DNA of 64,000 nucleotides from the NCBI GenBank assembly GCA_963750165.1, contig CAVVPN010000011.1, positions 1,120,001-1,184,000 of the forward strand, given 5' to 3'. The stretch's first letter is position 1. Every line of letters begins with the position of its first letter. Position numbers and translations under genes: made by a program. This DNA is from an uncultured Gemmataceae bacterium (GTDB taxonomy: Bacteria > Planctomycetota > Planctomycetia > Gemmatales > Gemmataceae). Below the pieces are notes generated by a model that was not told where the DNA came from, ran no database searches, and was given only the letters and a program-made list of their open reading frames with translations. This document shows positions 9,817-21,172 of this stretch, in pieces.

Positions 9817-10386
9817 ATGACCGACGAGCCGACCATCACCACCGATCACCTGGAGCGCTACCGCCACTACCTGTCGCTCCTGGCCCGGCTGCAGCTGGAC
9901 GCCCGGTTGCAAGGCAAACTCGATGCGTCCGACGTGGTGCAGCAGACGCTGCTGCAGGCGCACGCTAACCTCGCCCAGTTCCGCGGTCGTGGCGACGCCG
10001 AGCTGGCCGGATGGCTGCGGCAGATCCTGGCCAACACCCTGGCCACCGCTCGCCGTCGCTTCAGCACCGAGGCCCGCGACGTGACCCGCGAACGCGCCCT
10101 CGAACTCGACCTGGAACAGTCCGCCCTGCGCCTCGACCTGCTCGCCGCCGAGCAGTCCACGCCCAGCCAGCATGTCGCCCACGCCGAGCAACTGGTCCGC
10201 CTGGCCGAGGCCCTGCTGACGCTGCCCGAGGAGCAGCGGCAGGCCGTCGAACTGCACCACCTCAAGGGCTTGACCGTCGCCGCGGTTGCTGAGCGGCTGG
10301 GCAAAACCAAGGAGTCCGTCGTTGGCCTGCTCTTCCGCGGGTTGAAAAAACTCCGCGGACTGCTGGCCGAGGAGGAGCCGCACTGA
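9817..10386 (+). CDS. ECF sigma factor (kinase-associated type)
   Basis: YRHYLSLLARLQL...DASDVVQQT...LAGWLRQIL; region 4 LPEEQRQAVELHHLKGLT. Confidence 0.9.
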   Translation: MTDEPTITTDHLERYRHYLSLLARLQLDARLQGKLDASDVVQQTLLQAHANLAQFRGRGDAELAGWLRQILANTLATARRRFSTEARDVTRERALELDLEQSALRLDLLAAEQSTPSQHVAHAEQLVRLAEALLTLPEEQRQAVELHHLKGLTVAAVAERLGKTKESVVGLLFRGLKKLRGLLAEEEPH

Positions 10387-10389
10387 GCC

Positions 10390-12717
10390 ATGAACACCGA
10401 CACTCAGGATCGCGAAGATCGTTTGAATCAGGTGCTGCTCACGTACATTGAGGCGGAGCAGGCCGGGCAGGCGCCGCAGCTCGGCAAGCTGCTGCTCGAT
10501 CATCCCGAGTTCGCCGAGGAACTACTGGAGTTCATCGCCGGCCGCCGGCAGCTGGAGCGCCTGGCCGGCCGCGCTCCCACGGCGGCCCACCCGGCCCGGG
10601 CCGCGGACACGGGGCCGGAGTTGTGGCCGATCAACCACGGCAGCGAACGCGGCACCATCGGCGACTTCCGCATCCTGCGCGAGATCGGCCGCGGCGGCAT
10701 GGGCGTCGTTTACGAGGCCGAGCAGGTGTCATTGCAGCGGCGGGTTGCGCTGAAGGTGCTGCCGTTCGCCGCCGCCCTCGACCCCAAGCAGTTGTCGCGC
10801 TTCAAACACGAGGCCCAGGCGGCGGCCCATCTGCACCACACGCACATCGTGCCGGTCTACGGCATCGGCTACGACCGCGGCTATCACTACTACGCCATGC
10901 AGTTCATTGAGGGCCAGAGCCTGGCCGCAGTCGTGCAGCGGCTGCGCCAGGAGGCCCGGCCGGCCGCCGCGCCATCCGAACTGTCGCTGGAAGCGACCGT
11001 ACACCTGCCGACCGGCACCCCGGACACGATGGTCGTGGCGGCATTCTCGACGCAGCGCGCCGCCGACCGCCGGGCGTATTTCTTGCGCGTGGCCGAGCTG
11101 GGCCTGAAGGCCGCCGAGGCGCTGGAGCACGCGCATCAGCTCGGCGTCATCCACCGTGACATCAAGCCCGCCAACCTGCTGCTGGACGTGGCCGGCCACC
11201 TGTGGATCACCGACTTCGGCCTGGCGCTCATCCAGGACCAGGGCGGTCTGACGATGACCGGCGAACTGCTGGGCACGCTGCGCTACATGAGCCCCGAACA
11301 GGCCGCCGGCCGCCGCGCCGGCATCGACCACCGCACCGATATCTACTCCCTCGGGGCGACGCTGTACGAACTGCTGACGCTGGAGCCGGCGGCCCAGGGC
11401 GAGGATCGCCATGAACTGCTGGCGCGCATCACCCACGGCCAGCCGCGGCCGCCGCGGGCCATCGACCCGGCCATCCCGGTCGAGCTGGAGACCGTCGTGC
11501 TCAAGGCGCTGGCGGAGCAGCCCACTGACCGCTACGCCACCGCCCAGGAACTGGCCAACGACCTGCGCCGCTTCCTCGAAGACCGGCCGATCCTGGCACG
11601 ACGGCCGACGTTGCTGGATCGGGCGCGGAAGTGGGGCAAGCGCAACCGCGGCTTGGTCACCGCCGCGGTGGCGCTGCTGGCGCTGGCGGCGGTCGGGCTG
11701 CTGGTCAGCACGCTGTTGATTCTGGGGCAGTACAACGCCGCCCAGGCCGCCTTCGAGCGCGAGCGACTGAAGGCGCGCGAGGCCGAGGAGCAGCGCGCCT
11801 TCGCCGTCGAGCAGCGGGCCCGCGCCGAGCGCAGCTTCCAGCAGGCGCTCAAGGCGGTCAACTTCTTCCGGGAGATCAGTGAGAAGGAACTGGTCAACAC
11901 CGCGTTTTCGCAGAACGTGCGCAAGAAACTGCTGGAGGCGGCCCTGGAGTACTACCAGGCGTTTCTGGAGGAGCGCGGCGACGACCCAACGCTGCAGCAG
12001 GAACTGGCCGCCAGCCGCGCCACCGTGCGCAAACTGCTGGGCGAACTGGCCTCGCTGCAAAGCTCCGGCCAGTTTCTGCTGCTCAAGGAGCCGACGGTTC
12101 GCGACGACCTGGCCCTGTCGCCGGAACAGCGGGCGGAGGTGGACGAGGTGGTGAAAAAGCAGGAGAAAACGTGGGGCGAATTGTTCCCGCGGATGTCGCT
12201 GGGTTCGCAACCGGAGCGCGAGCGGTTGCTGGTGGAGTGGGCCCGCGCCGGCGAAGGGGAGGTCACCCGCGTGTTGACGCCCCGCCAGGCCCGGCGGCTG
12301 GGCCAGCTTCTACTGCAAGTGCAGCAGCGCGGTCCACAGGGCTTCTCCTCCGGCCGCGTCGCCGACACGCTGAAGTTGAGCGCGACCCAGAAGGAGCAGG
12401 TGCGCACGCTGCAGGAGAAAGCCAACTTCACCGTGTACAAGCTCCTGGCCGAAAAGACGTCGCCTGACGAGATGCACCGCAAAACCAACGTTTTGTGGGA
12501 CGAAGTGCAGGGCAAGGTGTTATCCCTGCTCACGCCTGAACAGCAGACGCGCTGGCGGAACCTGGTCGGTGAGCCGTTCCGCGGCGAACTGCGGGCGCCG
12601 ACGGCCCTGGCGTTCGGGGCGCCGTTCTACGCACCGAACGGGCCGTTCGGCCACGGCGGTCCGCCCTTCGGGAAGGGGCCGAAGGGGCCGAAGGGGCCGA
12701 AAGGGCCGGGCCATTGA
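10390..12717 (+). CDS. Membrane Ser/Thr kinase with C-terminal Spy/CpxP-like helical repeats
   Basis: GRGGMG, HRDIKPAN, DFG, one TM helix, L(S/T)xEQ repeats; 9-bp (GAAGGGGCC)n tail encoding KGP repeats. Confidence 0.9.
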   Translation: MNTDTQDREDRLNQVLLTYIEAEQAGQAPQLGKLLLDHPEFAEELLEFIAGRRQLERLAGRAPTAAHPARAADTGPELWPINHGSERGTIGDFRILREIGRGGMGVVYEAEQVSLQRRVALKVLPFAAALDPKQLSRFKHEAQAAAHLHHTHIVPVYGIGYDRGYHYYAMQFIEGQSLAAVVQRLRQEARPAAAPSELSLEATVHLPTGTPDTMVVAAFSTQRAADRRAYFLRVAELGLKAAEALEHAHQLGVIHRDIKPANLLLDVAGHLWITDFGLALIQDQGGLTMTGELLGTLRYMSPEQAAGRRAGIDHRTDIYSLGATLYELLTLEPAAQGEDRHELLARITHGQPRPPRAIDPAIPVELETVVLKALAEQPTDRYATAQELANDLRRFLEDRPILARRPTLLDRARKWGKRNRGLVTAAVALLALAAVGLLVSTLLILGQYNAAQAAFERERLKAREAEEQRAFAVEQRARAERSFQQALKAVNFFREISEKELVNTAFSQNVRKKLLEAALEYYQAFLEERGDDPTLQQELAASRATVRKLLGELASLQSSGQFLLLKEPTVRDDLALSPEQRAEVDEVVKKQEKTWGELFPRMSLGSQPERERLLVEWARAGEGEVTRVLTPRQARRLGQLLLQVQQRGPQGFSSGRVADTLKLSATQKEQVRTLQEKANFTVYKLLAEKTSPDEMHRKTNVLWDEVQGKVLSLLTPEQQTRWRNLVGEPFRGELRAPTALAFGAPFYAPNGPFGHGGPPFGKGPKGPKGPKGPGH

Positions 12718-12775
12718 TCGCGGCCGCGCACGGCCGGTCGGAAACGTTGAAACAACCTCTGTTGGGAGAACGCGT

Positions 12776-13468
12776 ATGCGTACCGTCCGAAGGTTCCTGA
12801 CCGCCCTGATTTTGCTCAGCCCGGCCGCCGTGTCCGCCCAGCCGCCCGGGCCGCCGCCGCCGCCGCCGCTGCTGCCGCCGGCCCACCTGATGCTCCACCA
12901 GAAGTCGGTGCAGGACGAACTGCGCCTGACCCAGCAACAGGCCGTCCAAATTCATCAGGTGATGCTTCAGGAAATGCAGCGGATGAAGCAGCTGATGGCC
13001 GGCAAGCGCCCCGGCGAGGGGCCGCCGCCGATGATGCACGAGCACTTCAAGGAAATAGACAAGAAGATCCTGGCGGTGCTGTCGAAGGCGCAGCAGAAAC
13101 GGCTGCGGGAAGTCACGCTGCAGGTCGTGACGCCGCGGGTGTTCACCGACGCAGACGTGGCCGCGGAACTGAAACTGGACGAGGAGCAGCAACAGCAGAT
13201 GCGCGCCCTGCTCGACCAGGCCACGCAGGACCAGCGGAAATTGATGCAGGGCAACCTGCAACCGGCGGTCCACCAGCAGAAACTGGCCGCCCTGAAAAAG
13301 AGCGTCACCGCCAAGACCCTCAACGTGTTAACGAGCGAACAGCGCAGCCAGTGGTCGGCGATGACCGGCAAGGCGTTCAAAGGTCAGGTCCACCTGCCGC
13401 CACCGCCGCCGATGGGCTTCGGTCCGCCACCCAAAGGCCCCATGCCGCAGCAGCTGCAAGCGCCGTGA
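12776..13468 (+). CDS. Secreted Spy/CpxP-like (LTxxQ) helical protein with Pro-rich ends
   Basis: Signal peptide MRTVRRFLTALILLSPAAVSA; ELRLTQQQ, ELKLDEEQ, VLTSEQRSQW. Confidence 0.7.
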   Translation: MRTVRRFLTALILLSPAAVSAQPPGPPPPPPLLPPAHLMLHQKSVQDELRLTQQQAVQIHQVMLQEMQRMKQLMAGKRPGEGPPPMMHEHFKEIDKKILAVLSKAQQKRLREVTLQVVTPRVFTDADVAAELKLDEEQQQQMRALLDQATQDQRKLMQGNLQPAVHQQKLAALKKSVTAKTLNVLTSEQRSQWSAMTGKAFKGQVHLPPPPPMGFGPPPKGPMPQQLQAP

Positions 13469-13485
13469 ATGTTCGTGATGGGTCC

Positions 13486-13527
13486 GAACCCGAGCGCCAG
13501 CGCGGGACAGCGCTGGCGCTCGGGCTC
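13486..13527. repeat. REP-like hairpin; second copy at 59704-59746
   Basis: CCCGAGCGCCAGCG...CGCTGGCGCTCGGG. Confidence 0.75.
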
Positions 13528-13540
13528 CGACCAGGAAGCC

Positions 13541-14824
13541 TTACGGGGCCAGGTCCACGCACACCAGGTTTTTGTGGTCGCGCGCATACAGCCGGCCGTT
13601 GACCAGCGCCGGCGCCGCCCAGCTGCGGGCGCCGAGCAACCCGGTCAACTCGCCCTTGAGGACGAAGCGCTGCGGATTGCACTCGACAACGCGCAGGTTA
13701 CCGGTCGCGCTCAGGCAGAACAGGTGCCCCTGCGCCGCCACGAACGACGACTTCTCCGTGCCGCGGTCCGCCCAGAGAATCTTGCCCGTCTTGAGGTCCA
13801 TGCAGCGCAGCGTGTAGCCGCTCAGTGTGCCGTTGGTGCCGTACAGGTGGCCGTCGTGGACCATGCTGGTGGCGAACTCGTTCTGCATGTTCTTGTGGAA
13901 CCATTTCGTCTTCGGCACCATGCGGTCGCCCTCGGTCTGGAACTTGAGCGCGGTGCAGCCGGTGCCGTAGCCGGAGCAGGCGTACAACACGTTGTCCACC
14001 CACAGCGGCGTGGCGCAGTTGCAGTTGTAGGGGTTGCCGAAGACGTACCGCCACAGCAGCGTGCCCTTCGCCGGGTCGATGCCGAGCAACGCCCGCGCCG
14101 TGGTCACAACGGCGACGCGGCGGCCGGCAAGCGTGATGACGATGGGCGAGGCGTAGGCGGGCGGGTCGTCGCCGAGCTTCCAGACGAGCTTGCCGGTGGC
14201 CTTGTGGAAGGCCGCGACCGAGTTGCCCTTGCTGCCGCCGGGCTGCACGATGACCACGTCGCCCATGACCAGCGGCGAAGCGGCCAGGCCCCAGAAGTAG
14301 AGCTGCCCGGTGCGGTTCTCGGCGCCCGTGTCCTTCAGGGCGTTGGCCTGCCAGCGCACCGTGCCGTCGGCGGCGTCCAGGCAGTAGAGTTCGCCGAGCG
14401 GGAACAGGCAGTAGAGCTTGCCGTTGTGGTAGGTCGGCGTCGCGCGCGGGCCGTAGCCCTGTTTCTGGTAATCGACGTAGCTGGGGGCGAGGTCGCGGGC
14501 CCACAGTTCCTTGCCGCTGGCGGCGTTGAGGCACACGACGTACTGCCGGTTGTCGCGCTCCGCCTGCGTGTAGATGCGGCCCTTCACGACCGCCAGCGAT
14601 GAGTAGCCCTTGCCGAGCGGCACCTTCCAGAGCACCTTCGGCGGTTTCTTGTTCCAATCGACGTTGAGGCCGGTTTCCGGCGACAGGCCATTGCGGTCGG
14701 GGCCGAGGAAGCAGGGCCAGTCGCGGCCGGCGGGCGGCTGCGCCGTCGTGGCACCGGCCAACGTCAGGGCCAGCGCCACGACGGCGAGGGCAATGCGGCA
14801 ATGTTTCGACAAGGAACACCTCAT
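13541..14824 (-). CDS. PQQ-like/BamB-type beta-propeller secreted protein
   Basis: DWPCFLGPDRNG, GYSS, GPRATPT, YASP repeats; signal peptide. Confidence 0.85.
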   Translation of the reverse strand: MRCSLSKHCRIALAVVALALTLAGATTAQPPAGRDWPCFLGPDRNGLSPETGLNVDWNKKPPKVLWKVPLGKGYSSLAVVKGRIYTQAERDNRQYVVCLNAASGKELWARDLAPSYVDYQKQGYGPRATPTYHNGKLYCLFPLGELYCLDAADGTVRWQANALKDTGAENRTGQLYFWGLAASPLVMGDVVIVQPGGSKGNSVAAFHKATGKLVWKLGDDPPAYASPIVITLAGRRVAVVTTARALLGIDPAKGTLLWRYVFGNPYNCNCATPLWVDNVLYACSGYGTGCTALKFQTEGDRMVPKTKWFHKNMQNEFATSMVHDGHLYGTNGTLSGYTLRCMDLKTGKILWADRGTEKSSFVAAQGHLFCLSATGNLRVVECNPQRFVLKGELTGLLGARSWAAPALVNGRLYARDHKNLVCVDLAP

Positions 14825-17250
14825 CAATGGTTAAACACAAACTCCAGCGTGTTGAGCAGGCTCCACGCCAGATCCTCGACCGCCTGGCGGCGCTGCCCCG
14901 CGTTGGCTCGCAGATACTCCAGCGCCACCGCTCGCTCGCGCGTCGTCGGCGGCCGGCTGAAGAAGGTCAAATAAAGCTCCTCGACCAGCGGCCCATCCCT
15001 GGCGTGCGTCCGCACCATCCGGGCCACGGTGCCGCCCTCGTGGCTGAGCTTCGCCTGGATCTCGGGGGCGTTGAGCAGGTGCAGCACCTGCGCGACCGCC
15101 GGCTCGGCATTGCGCTCGCATTCGCAGGTGCTGAGGCGCACCGGCCGGCCGAACACCTTCAGAAAATAATGCGGCACCTTGCTGTCCCACAGCTGGATGG
15201 CCCGCGCCCCCGGCGGCACCCCGGCGAACTTCTCACCGACGCCCGTCGTCTGCGACACCATGTCGAGCAGCACTTCCGCGTCGATGCGCCGGAACAGCGC
15301 CCGCGAGTAATTCTGCTCGTCCTTCGCGTTGGTTTCATTCGGCCGCGAGGAAAGTTGATAGGTGCGCGACGCGGTGATGGCCCGGATCAGTTGCTTTACG
15401 TCGAATTTGTGCTTGACGAGGTGTGCCGCCAGGGCGTCGAGCAGCTCGGGGTTGCTGGGCGGGTTGGTGGCGCGCACGTCGTCTACCGGCTCGACCAGGC
15501 CGCGACCGAGGAAGTGCGCCCACAGCCGATTGGCGAGGTTGCGCGCGAACCACGGATTGTCCGCCGCGGTCAGCCACGCCGCCAGCGCCGGTCGGCGGTC
15601 GCCCTTCTGCGACGTGGTGGGCATCTTCGTGTCCAGCGCATGCGCGAACACCAGCTGACCGGTGCGCGGGTGCCGCGTCGGCGGGTCGCCCAGGGCCAGC
15701 AGCAGCTCGTCCTTCGCCGTCTTCTTCAGCGTCACCGGGGCGAAGAACGCCTGCATGCCGTAGTAGTCCGTCTGGCTCCAGCGGTCGAAGGGGTGATGGT
15801 GGCACTCGGCGCAGGCGATGCGGACGCCGAGAAACACCTGCGACAGCGAGCTGGCCGCCGCGCCGGGTTTGGTCACGACCTTGTAGAAATTGGCCGGCCC
15901 GTTCTCCGACAACGGCCCCTCCGCGGTGAGCAGCTCGCGGACGAACTGGTCATACGGCTTGTTGGCCGCCAGGCTGTCGCGAATCCAGCGGTAGTAAGCG
16001 TAGGCCCGCTTGTGGCCCAGCGCCTGCCGATCGACGCGCAGCAAATCCGCCCATTTGAGCGCCCAGTAGTCCGCGCACTCCGGCCGCTCCAGCAGGGCAT
16101 CGACCAGCCGCGCCCGCCGGTCGGGCCGCTGGTCCGCCAGGAATTTCTTGGCCTCGTCCGCGGTCGGCAGTGTGCCGATCACGTCGAGGTAGACGCGCCG
16201 CAGAAAATCCGCATCGTCCACCAGGTCGGCGGGCAGGATGTGCAATTTCTGCAACTTGCGGTGGACGTGCGCGTCGATGAAGTTGTGTTCCGGCAGTTTT
16301 GGATAGACCTTGATGCGCGGGCGGCGCGGCAGCACTGCGCGGAAGACGGCGACGGCGTTTTGAAAGCTCGCCATGACCGCCGCCTCGCCGGGCACTTCAC
16401 CGGCGCTGACCAGCCCGTCCGCGTTGACCGCGGCCAGGCCCTCGTTGTTCGACTGGAACTTCGCGTGTGCCGTCACGTCGGCTTCGCGGCCGTCGCCGTA
16501 GGTGGCGACCACCCGCAGCTGCTGCGCGGCCTTCGGGTCCAGCAACCGCTCGGCCGGCTCAACGCGAATGCGGATCACGCGCGGCGCCTGCGGGTCGCCG
16601 ATGGGAACACCGGCGGCAATCCAGTCGCGCAGCGTGCGGTACTCCACCGTGTCGCGGCCGATGCGGACGCCGCCGCCGTGAGCCGTCGTGCCGGACGCCT
16701 TCGTCAGCAACAGGCTGTGTTCCGGCGCCGCAGGTAGCACCCGGCGGCCGCGACCCTCCTTCACCAGCGCCGCGTAGTCGGCCGCCGGGTCGAAACCGAA
16801 TACCGACAGCTTGAAGCCGTTCTGCCCTTCGGCGTTGCCGTGACAGCCGGAAGCGTTGCAGCCGAAGCGGCTCAGCAGCGGCTCGATGTCGTTCTCGAAG
16901 TGGAACTGCTGCGGCAGCCGCGCGTCCTGGACCTGCACCCGGACGGCGAGTTTGCGACCCTGGGCCTGCACCTCAATGATGGCGTCCCCGTCCGCGACGC
17001 CGCGGACCACGCCGGCGCTACTGACCGCGGCGACTTTCGGTTGCAGCGACCGGAAGCGGGCGTCGCGCGTCAGGTCGATGAGCTGGCCATCGGCGGTCTT
17101 GCCGTGGACCAGCAGCGACCAGCTGGCGGTCGGGCCGCGCAGGGCGACGGCGGCCGGATCGACGGTCACGTTCAGGACGGCGGACTGGGCGGGGAGGCGC
17201 ACGGCGGCGGCCAGCAGCACGACCAGGGCCAGGCCAGTTCGGTGCGTCAC
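14824..17250 (-). CDS. DUF1549/DUF1553 protein with Ig-like domains (planctomycete-specific)
   Basis: GCNASGCHG, FLRRVYLDVIGTLPT, CAECHHHPFDRW, NPPSNPELLDAL, EFVFNH; GTG start approximate. Confidence 0.9.
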   Translation of the reverse strand: MTHRTGLALVVLLAAAVRLPAQSAVLNVTVDPAAVALRGPTASWSLLVHGKTADGQLIDLTRDARFRSLQPKVAAVSSAGVVRGVADGDAIIEVQAQGRKLAVRVQVQDARLPQQFHFENDIEPLLSRFGCNASGCHGNAEGQNGFKLSVFGFDPAADYAALVKEGRGRRVLPAAPEHSLLLTKASGTTAHGGGVRIGRDTVEYRTLRDWIAAGVPIGDPQAPRVIRIRVEPAERLLDPKAAQQLRVVATYGDGREADVTAHAKFQSNNEGLAAVNADGLVSAGEVPGEAAVMASFQNAVAVFRAVLPRRPRIKVYPKLPEHNFIDAHVHRKLQKLHILPADLVDDADFLRRVYLDVIGTLPTADEAKKFLADQRPDRRARLVDALLERPECADYWALKWADLLRVDRQALGHKRAYAYYRWIRDSLAANKPYDQFVRELLTAEGPLSENGPANFYKVVTKPGAAASSLSQVFLGVRIACAECHHHPFDRWSQTDYYGMQAFFAPVTLKKTAKDELLLALGDPPTRHPRTGQLVFAHALDTKMPTTSQKGDRRPALAAWLTAADNPWFARNLANRLWAHFLGRGLVEPVDDVRATNPPSNPELLDALAAHLVKHKFDVKQLIRAITASRTYQLSSRPNETNAKDEQNYSRALFRRIDAEVLLDMVSQTTGVGEKFAGVPPGARAIQLWDSKVPHYFLKVFGRPVRLSTCECERNAEPAVAQVLHLLNAPEIQAKLSHEGGTVARMVRTHARDGPLVEELYLTFFSRPPTTRERAVALEYLRANAGQRRQAVEDLAWSLLNTLEFVFNH

Positions 17251-17365
17251 AGGTGGGATCCTTTCGGCTCGGGGACAGCGCGGGCGCAGGCGGGAAGGCA
17301 AGCAGTGGTGGGGTGGGCAAAAAAGCCCCGGAAGTTGTTGTACCCTTCCGGGGCCGCGATTGCCA

Positions 17366-17848
17366 TCAGAAACCGCCGTTGAGCCACTGAATCAGGCCGG
17401 CGCGGACCTGACCGCGGCGCAGCAGTGTGGTGACCTCCTTGTCTTTGCGGACCATTTCGAGGATGTTGCTGCCGAGGTCCGCTGCCAGGAAGGGGGCGAC
17501 GATGCCGTCGCGCTCGCCGACCTCGATGTCTTCTAGCTTACCGCGGGCGCTGAAGTTGAAGCACAGCGACGAATAAAACTCCACACCGATGAAGTTCTTG
17601 AAGTTGTACCGGGCGACGATTTGAAACCCGTCGCCGGAAGGGGAGGACACCGAAACCTCAGTGGACTGGTGAGTCGCCGTCGGGTGCATGAGTCGGGTGA
17701 TGAGCCCGATTTCGGACTCCAGCAATCGTTTGGCCCGCTCAACAGGGCTCTTGGTCTGGGCCTGCGCCCCGGTTGCGGTCAGCGCCCCGGCCAGCAGCGC
17801 CAGCGCCACCACCGCTCGCCATTTCAATCCGCCTGGATTCGCCAGCAT
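17366..17848 (-). CDS. Hypothetical secreted protein
   Basis: Signal peptide ending AQA; GGAG RBS; upstream TTGACA-18-TAGAAT promoter at 17946-17975. Confidence 0.65.
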   Translation of the reverse strand: MLANPGGLKWRAVVALALLAGALTATGAQAQTKSPVERAKRLLESEIGLITRLMHPTATHQSTEVSVSSPSGDGFQIVARYNFKNFIGVEFYSSLCFNFSARGKLEDIEVGERDGIVAPFLAADLGSNILEMVRKDKEVTTLLRRGQVRAGLIQWLNGGF

Positions 17849-18029
17849 GGTCCGTTCTCCGCGCGTGCAGGCACCCTCTGCTACCGACGCACGAGATCAT
17901 GGCGTGCAGGTTCTTTCGATAAGAGGGGTTGTGCCTGCTGGGTGGATTCTAGCGGATAAAAAAGCGGACTGTCAAGCGGGCGGGGTTTCTTTGCACGATG
18001 TAAATGGGAGTGCGGCCAGTGGGGTGAAG

Positions 18030-18066
18030 AAAAAACCCCCGCGGCCCTGGCTGAGCCCGCGGGGGT
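18030..18066 (-). terminator. Rho-independent terminator directly after the 16S gene
   Basis: Minus strand ACCCCCGCGG...CCGCGGGGGTTTTTT. Confidence 0.8.
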
Positions 18067-18280
18067 ATCTTTGTTCGATAGCACCGCCGATGCGTGGGTG
18101 GTACATGCTTTCCCCGGAAGTGAGATTCCGGGTAAGAATCATCCTTAGAAAGGAGGTGATCCAACCGCAGGTTCCCCTACGGTTACCTTGTTACGACTTA
18201 GTCCCAATCAGGAAGTTCGCCGTAGCCGCCGGTGAAGGCGTCTTCGGGCGCCCCTCCCTTTCGTGGCTTGACGGGCGGTG

Positions 18281-19134
<854 letters not shown>

Positions 19135-19296
19135 GTTGCTGACCTGCGATTACTAGCGATTCCAACTTCATGAAGGCGAGTTGCAGCCTTCAATCTGAAC
19201 TGGGGCCTGTTTTTTGGGATTGGCTCCCCCTCGCGGGTTGGCGTCCCTTTGTTCAGACCATTGTAGCACGTGTGCAGCCCTGGGCATAAAGGCCAT

Positions 19297-19332
<36 letters not shown>

Positions 19333-19415
19333 ACACCGGCAGTCCCTCCAGAGTCCCCGGCATGACCCGCTGGCAACTGGAGGCAAGGGTTTCGCTCGTT
19401 ATGGGACTTAACCCG

Positions 19416-19458
<43 letters not shown>

Positions 19459-19555
19459 GTAGGTTCCGGACTGGATACCGTTGGACTCACGTTTCCGCAA
19501 GTCTACTTCCTACCCCTTTCGGACATGTCAAGCCCAGGATAAGGTTCTTCGCGTA

Positions 19556-19644
<89 letters not shown>

Positions 19645-19710
19645 GGTACTTACCACTTTTGCTTCGGCAGTGAACCCATGTCAGTCCACTACCTAGTACC
19701 CATCGTTTAG

Positions 19711-19772
<62 letters not shown>

Positions 19773-20848
19773 AAGAGGTCCAGTGATGCGCTTTCGCCAC
19801 CGGCGTTCCTTCCGATATCAACGCATTTCACCGCTCCACCGGAAGTTCCCATCACCCCTACCTCGCTCGAGTCCAGCAGTTTCCAAGGCACTTCTCCAGT
19901 TAAGCTGGAGGCTTTCACCCCGGACTGGCCAGACCGCCTACGCGCCCTTTAAGCCCAGTGATTCCGAACAACGTTCGCACGGTTCGTCTTACCGCGGCTG
20001 CTGGCACGAACTTAGCCCGTGCTTATTCTTGGGGTCGGTCAACCTTGCGGCTTCCTCCCCCACTAAAGGGCTTTACAACCCGAAGGCCTTCATCGCCCAC
20101 GCGGCGTCGCTCGGTCAGGCTTGCGCCCATTGCCGAAGATCCTCGACTGCAGCCTCCCGTAGGAGTCTGGCCAGTGTCTCAGTGCCAGTGGCGCGGGTCG
20201 TGCTCTCACACCCGCTAAGCATCTTCGCCACGGTGGGCCGTTACCCCGCCGTCTAGCTAATACTACATGAGCCCCTCCCAAGGCGAAATTCTCTCGTAAC
20301 AGGGGGATGCCCTCCCATTACCTCGCCCGGTATTACCCTCTCGTTAGAAAGGCTATCCCGATCCCCGGGGTAGGTTACCCATGCCTTACTGCCCCTTTCG
20401 CCACTTCCCCCAAGAGTTGCCCCCTGGGATTCGTTCGACTTGCATGCCTAATCCACGCCGCCAACGTTCGTTCTGAGCCAGGATCAAACCCTTCAAAATG
20501 TTATGCCATGCCTCCCCGGCACTTGCGTTCCGGGACGGCTGCACCATCGAAAAGTCTGAGATCGCCTATTATGGCATGACTCAAAGAATTCATCCGCAAT
20601 AACTTGCGCCATTGCGGGCGAGCAATGTGTCATGCCGTAACAGGCGTAACACACCCTCGCATTGGCTTGTTTTTGGTGCTATCGAATTGTCAAAGATCGA
20701 AGTTATTCCGAAGATTTAGAGCAATTACCCCTCAAAGAGGTTCACCCTTTTCTCCGAATTAATTGAAATTTCCGGCAAGTTAGGGTGAACCGCTTCACCC
20801 CTTCTTCCCGGCAATTTCACTGCCCCAGTTGTAATTGGGACATTTGTA

Positions 20849-20905
20849 ATGATAACGCCGGCCGCCCCTGTGTCAACCCACCGGGGCAAAAAAAACGAAA
20901 AAAAG
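20849..20905 (-). promoter_or_regulatory. rRNA promoter with UP-like tract; boxA in the leader (~20687-20699)
   Basis: TTGACA (20876-20871)-16 bp-TATCAT (20854-20849) with a T-tract upstream; leader GATCTTTGACAATTCGATAGCACC pairs with the trailer at 18067-18085 (processing stem). Confidence 0.75.
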
Positions 20906-21172
20906 TCCACCGCCCCTCAAAACGCCATCCTTGAGGAGCCTGGACTCCATGCAGCGGTTGACTTTACGCGCCGGCCGTCTGCCGATCCGCACCCGCGTCG
21001 CCCTGGCATAAAAACGGGCAAGCGCGTCAAACCTGCGGTGCAGGGCCCTGTCCGGGTGGCCCGAATCGGGGGACGGCACTGGCGTTGTGACCGCCGCGCC
21101 GATACAAAAGACTATCCGGGGCAACCCGCCCTGATGTCAACAGGAATCTGTCCATTTTCTCTGGATTCTCAC

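Noticed and set aside
21108..21140. Second upstream rRNA promoter (TTGACA...GATAGT on the minus strand)
   Set aside because: Weak -10 with 18-bp spacing, overlapping the divergent purQ upstream region; not enough evidence.
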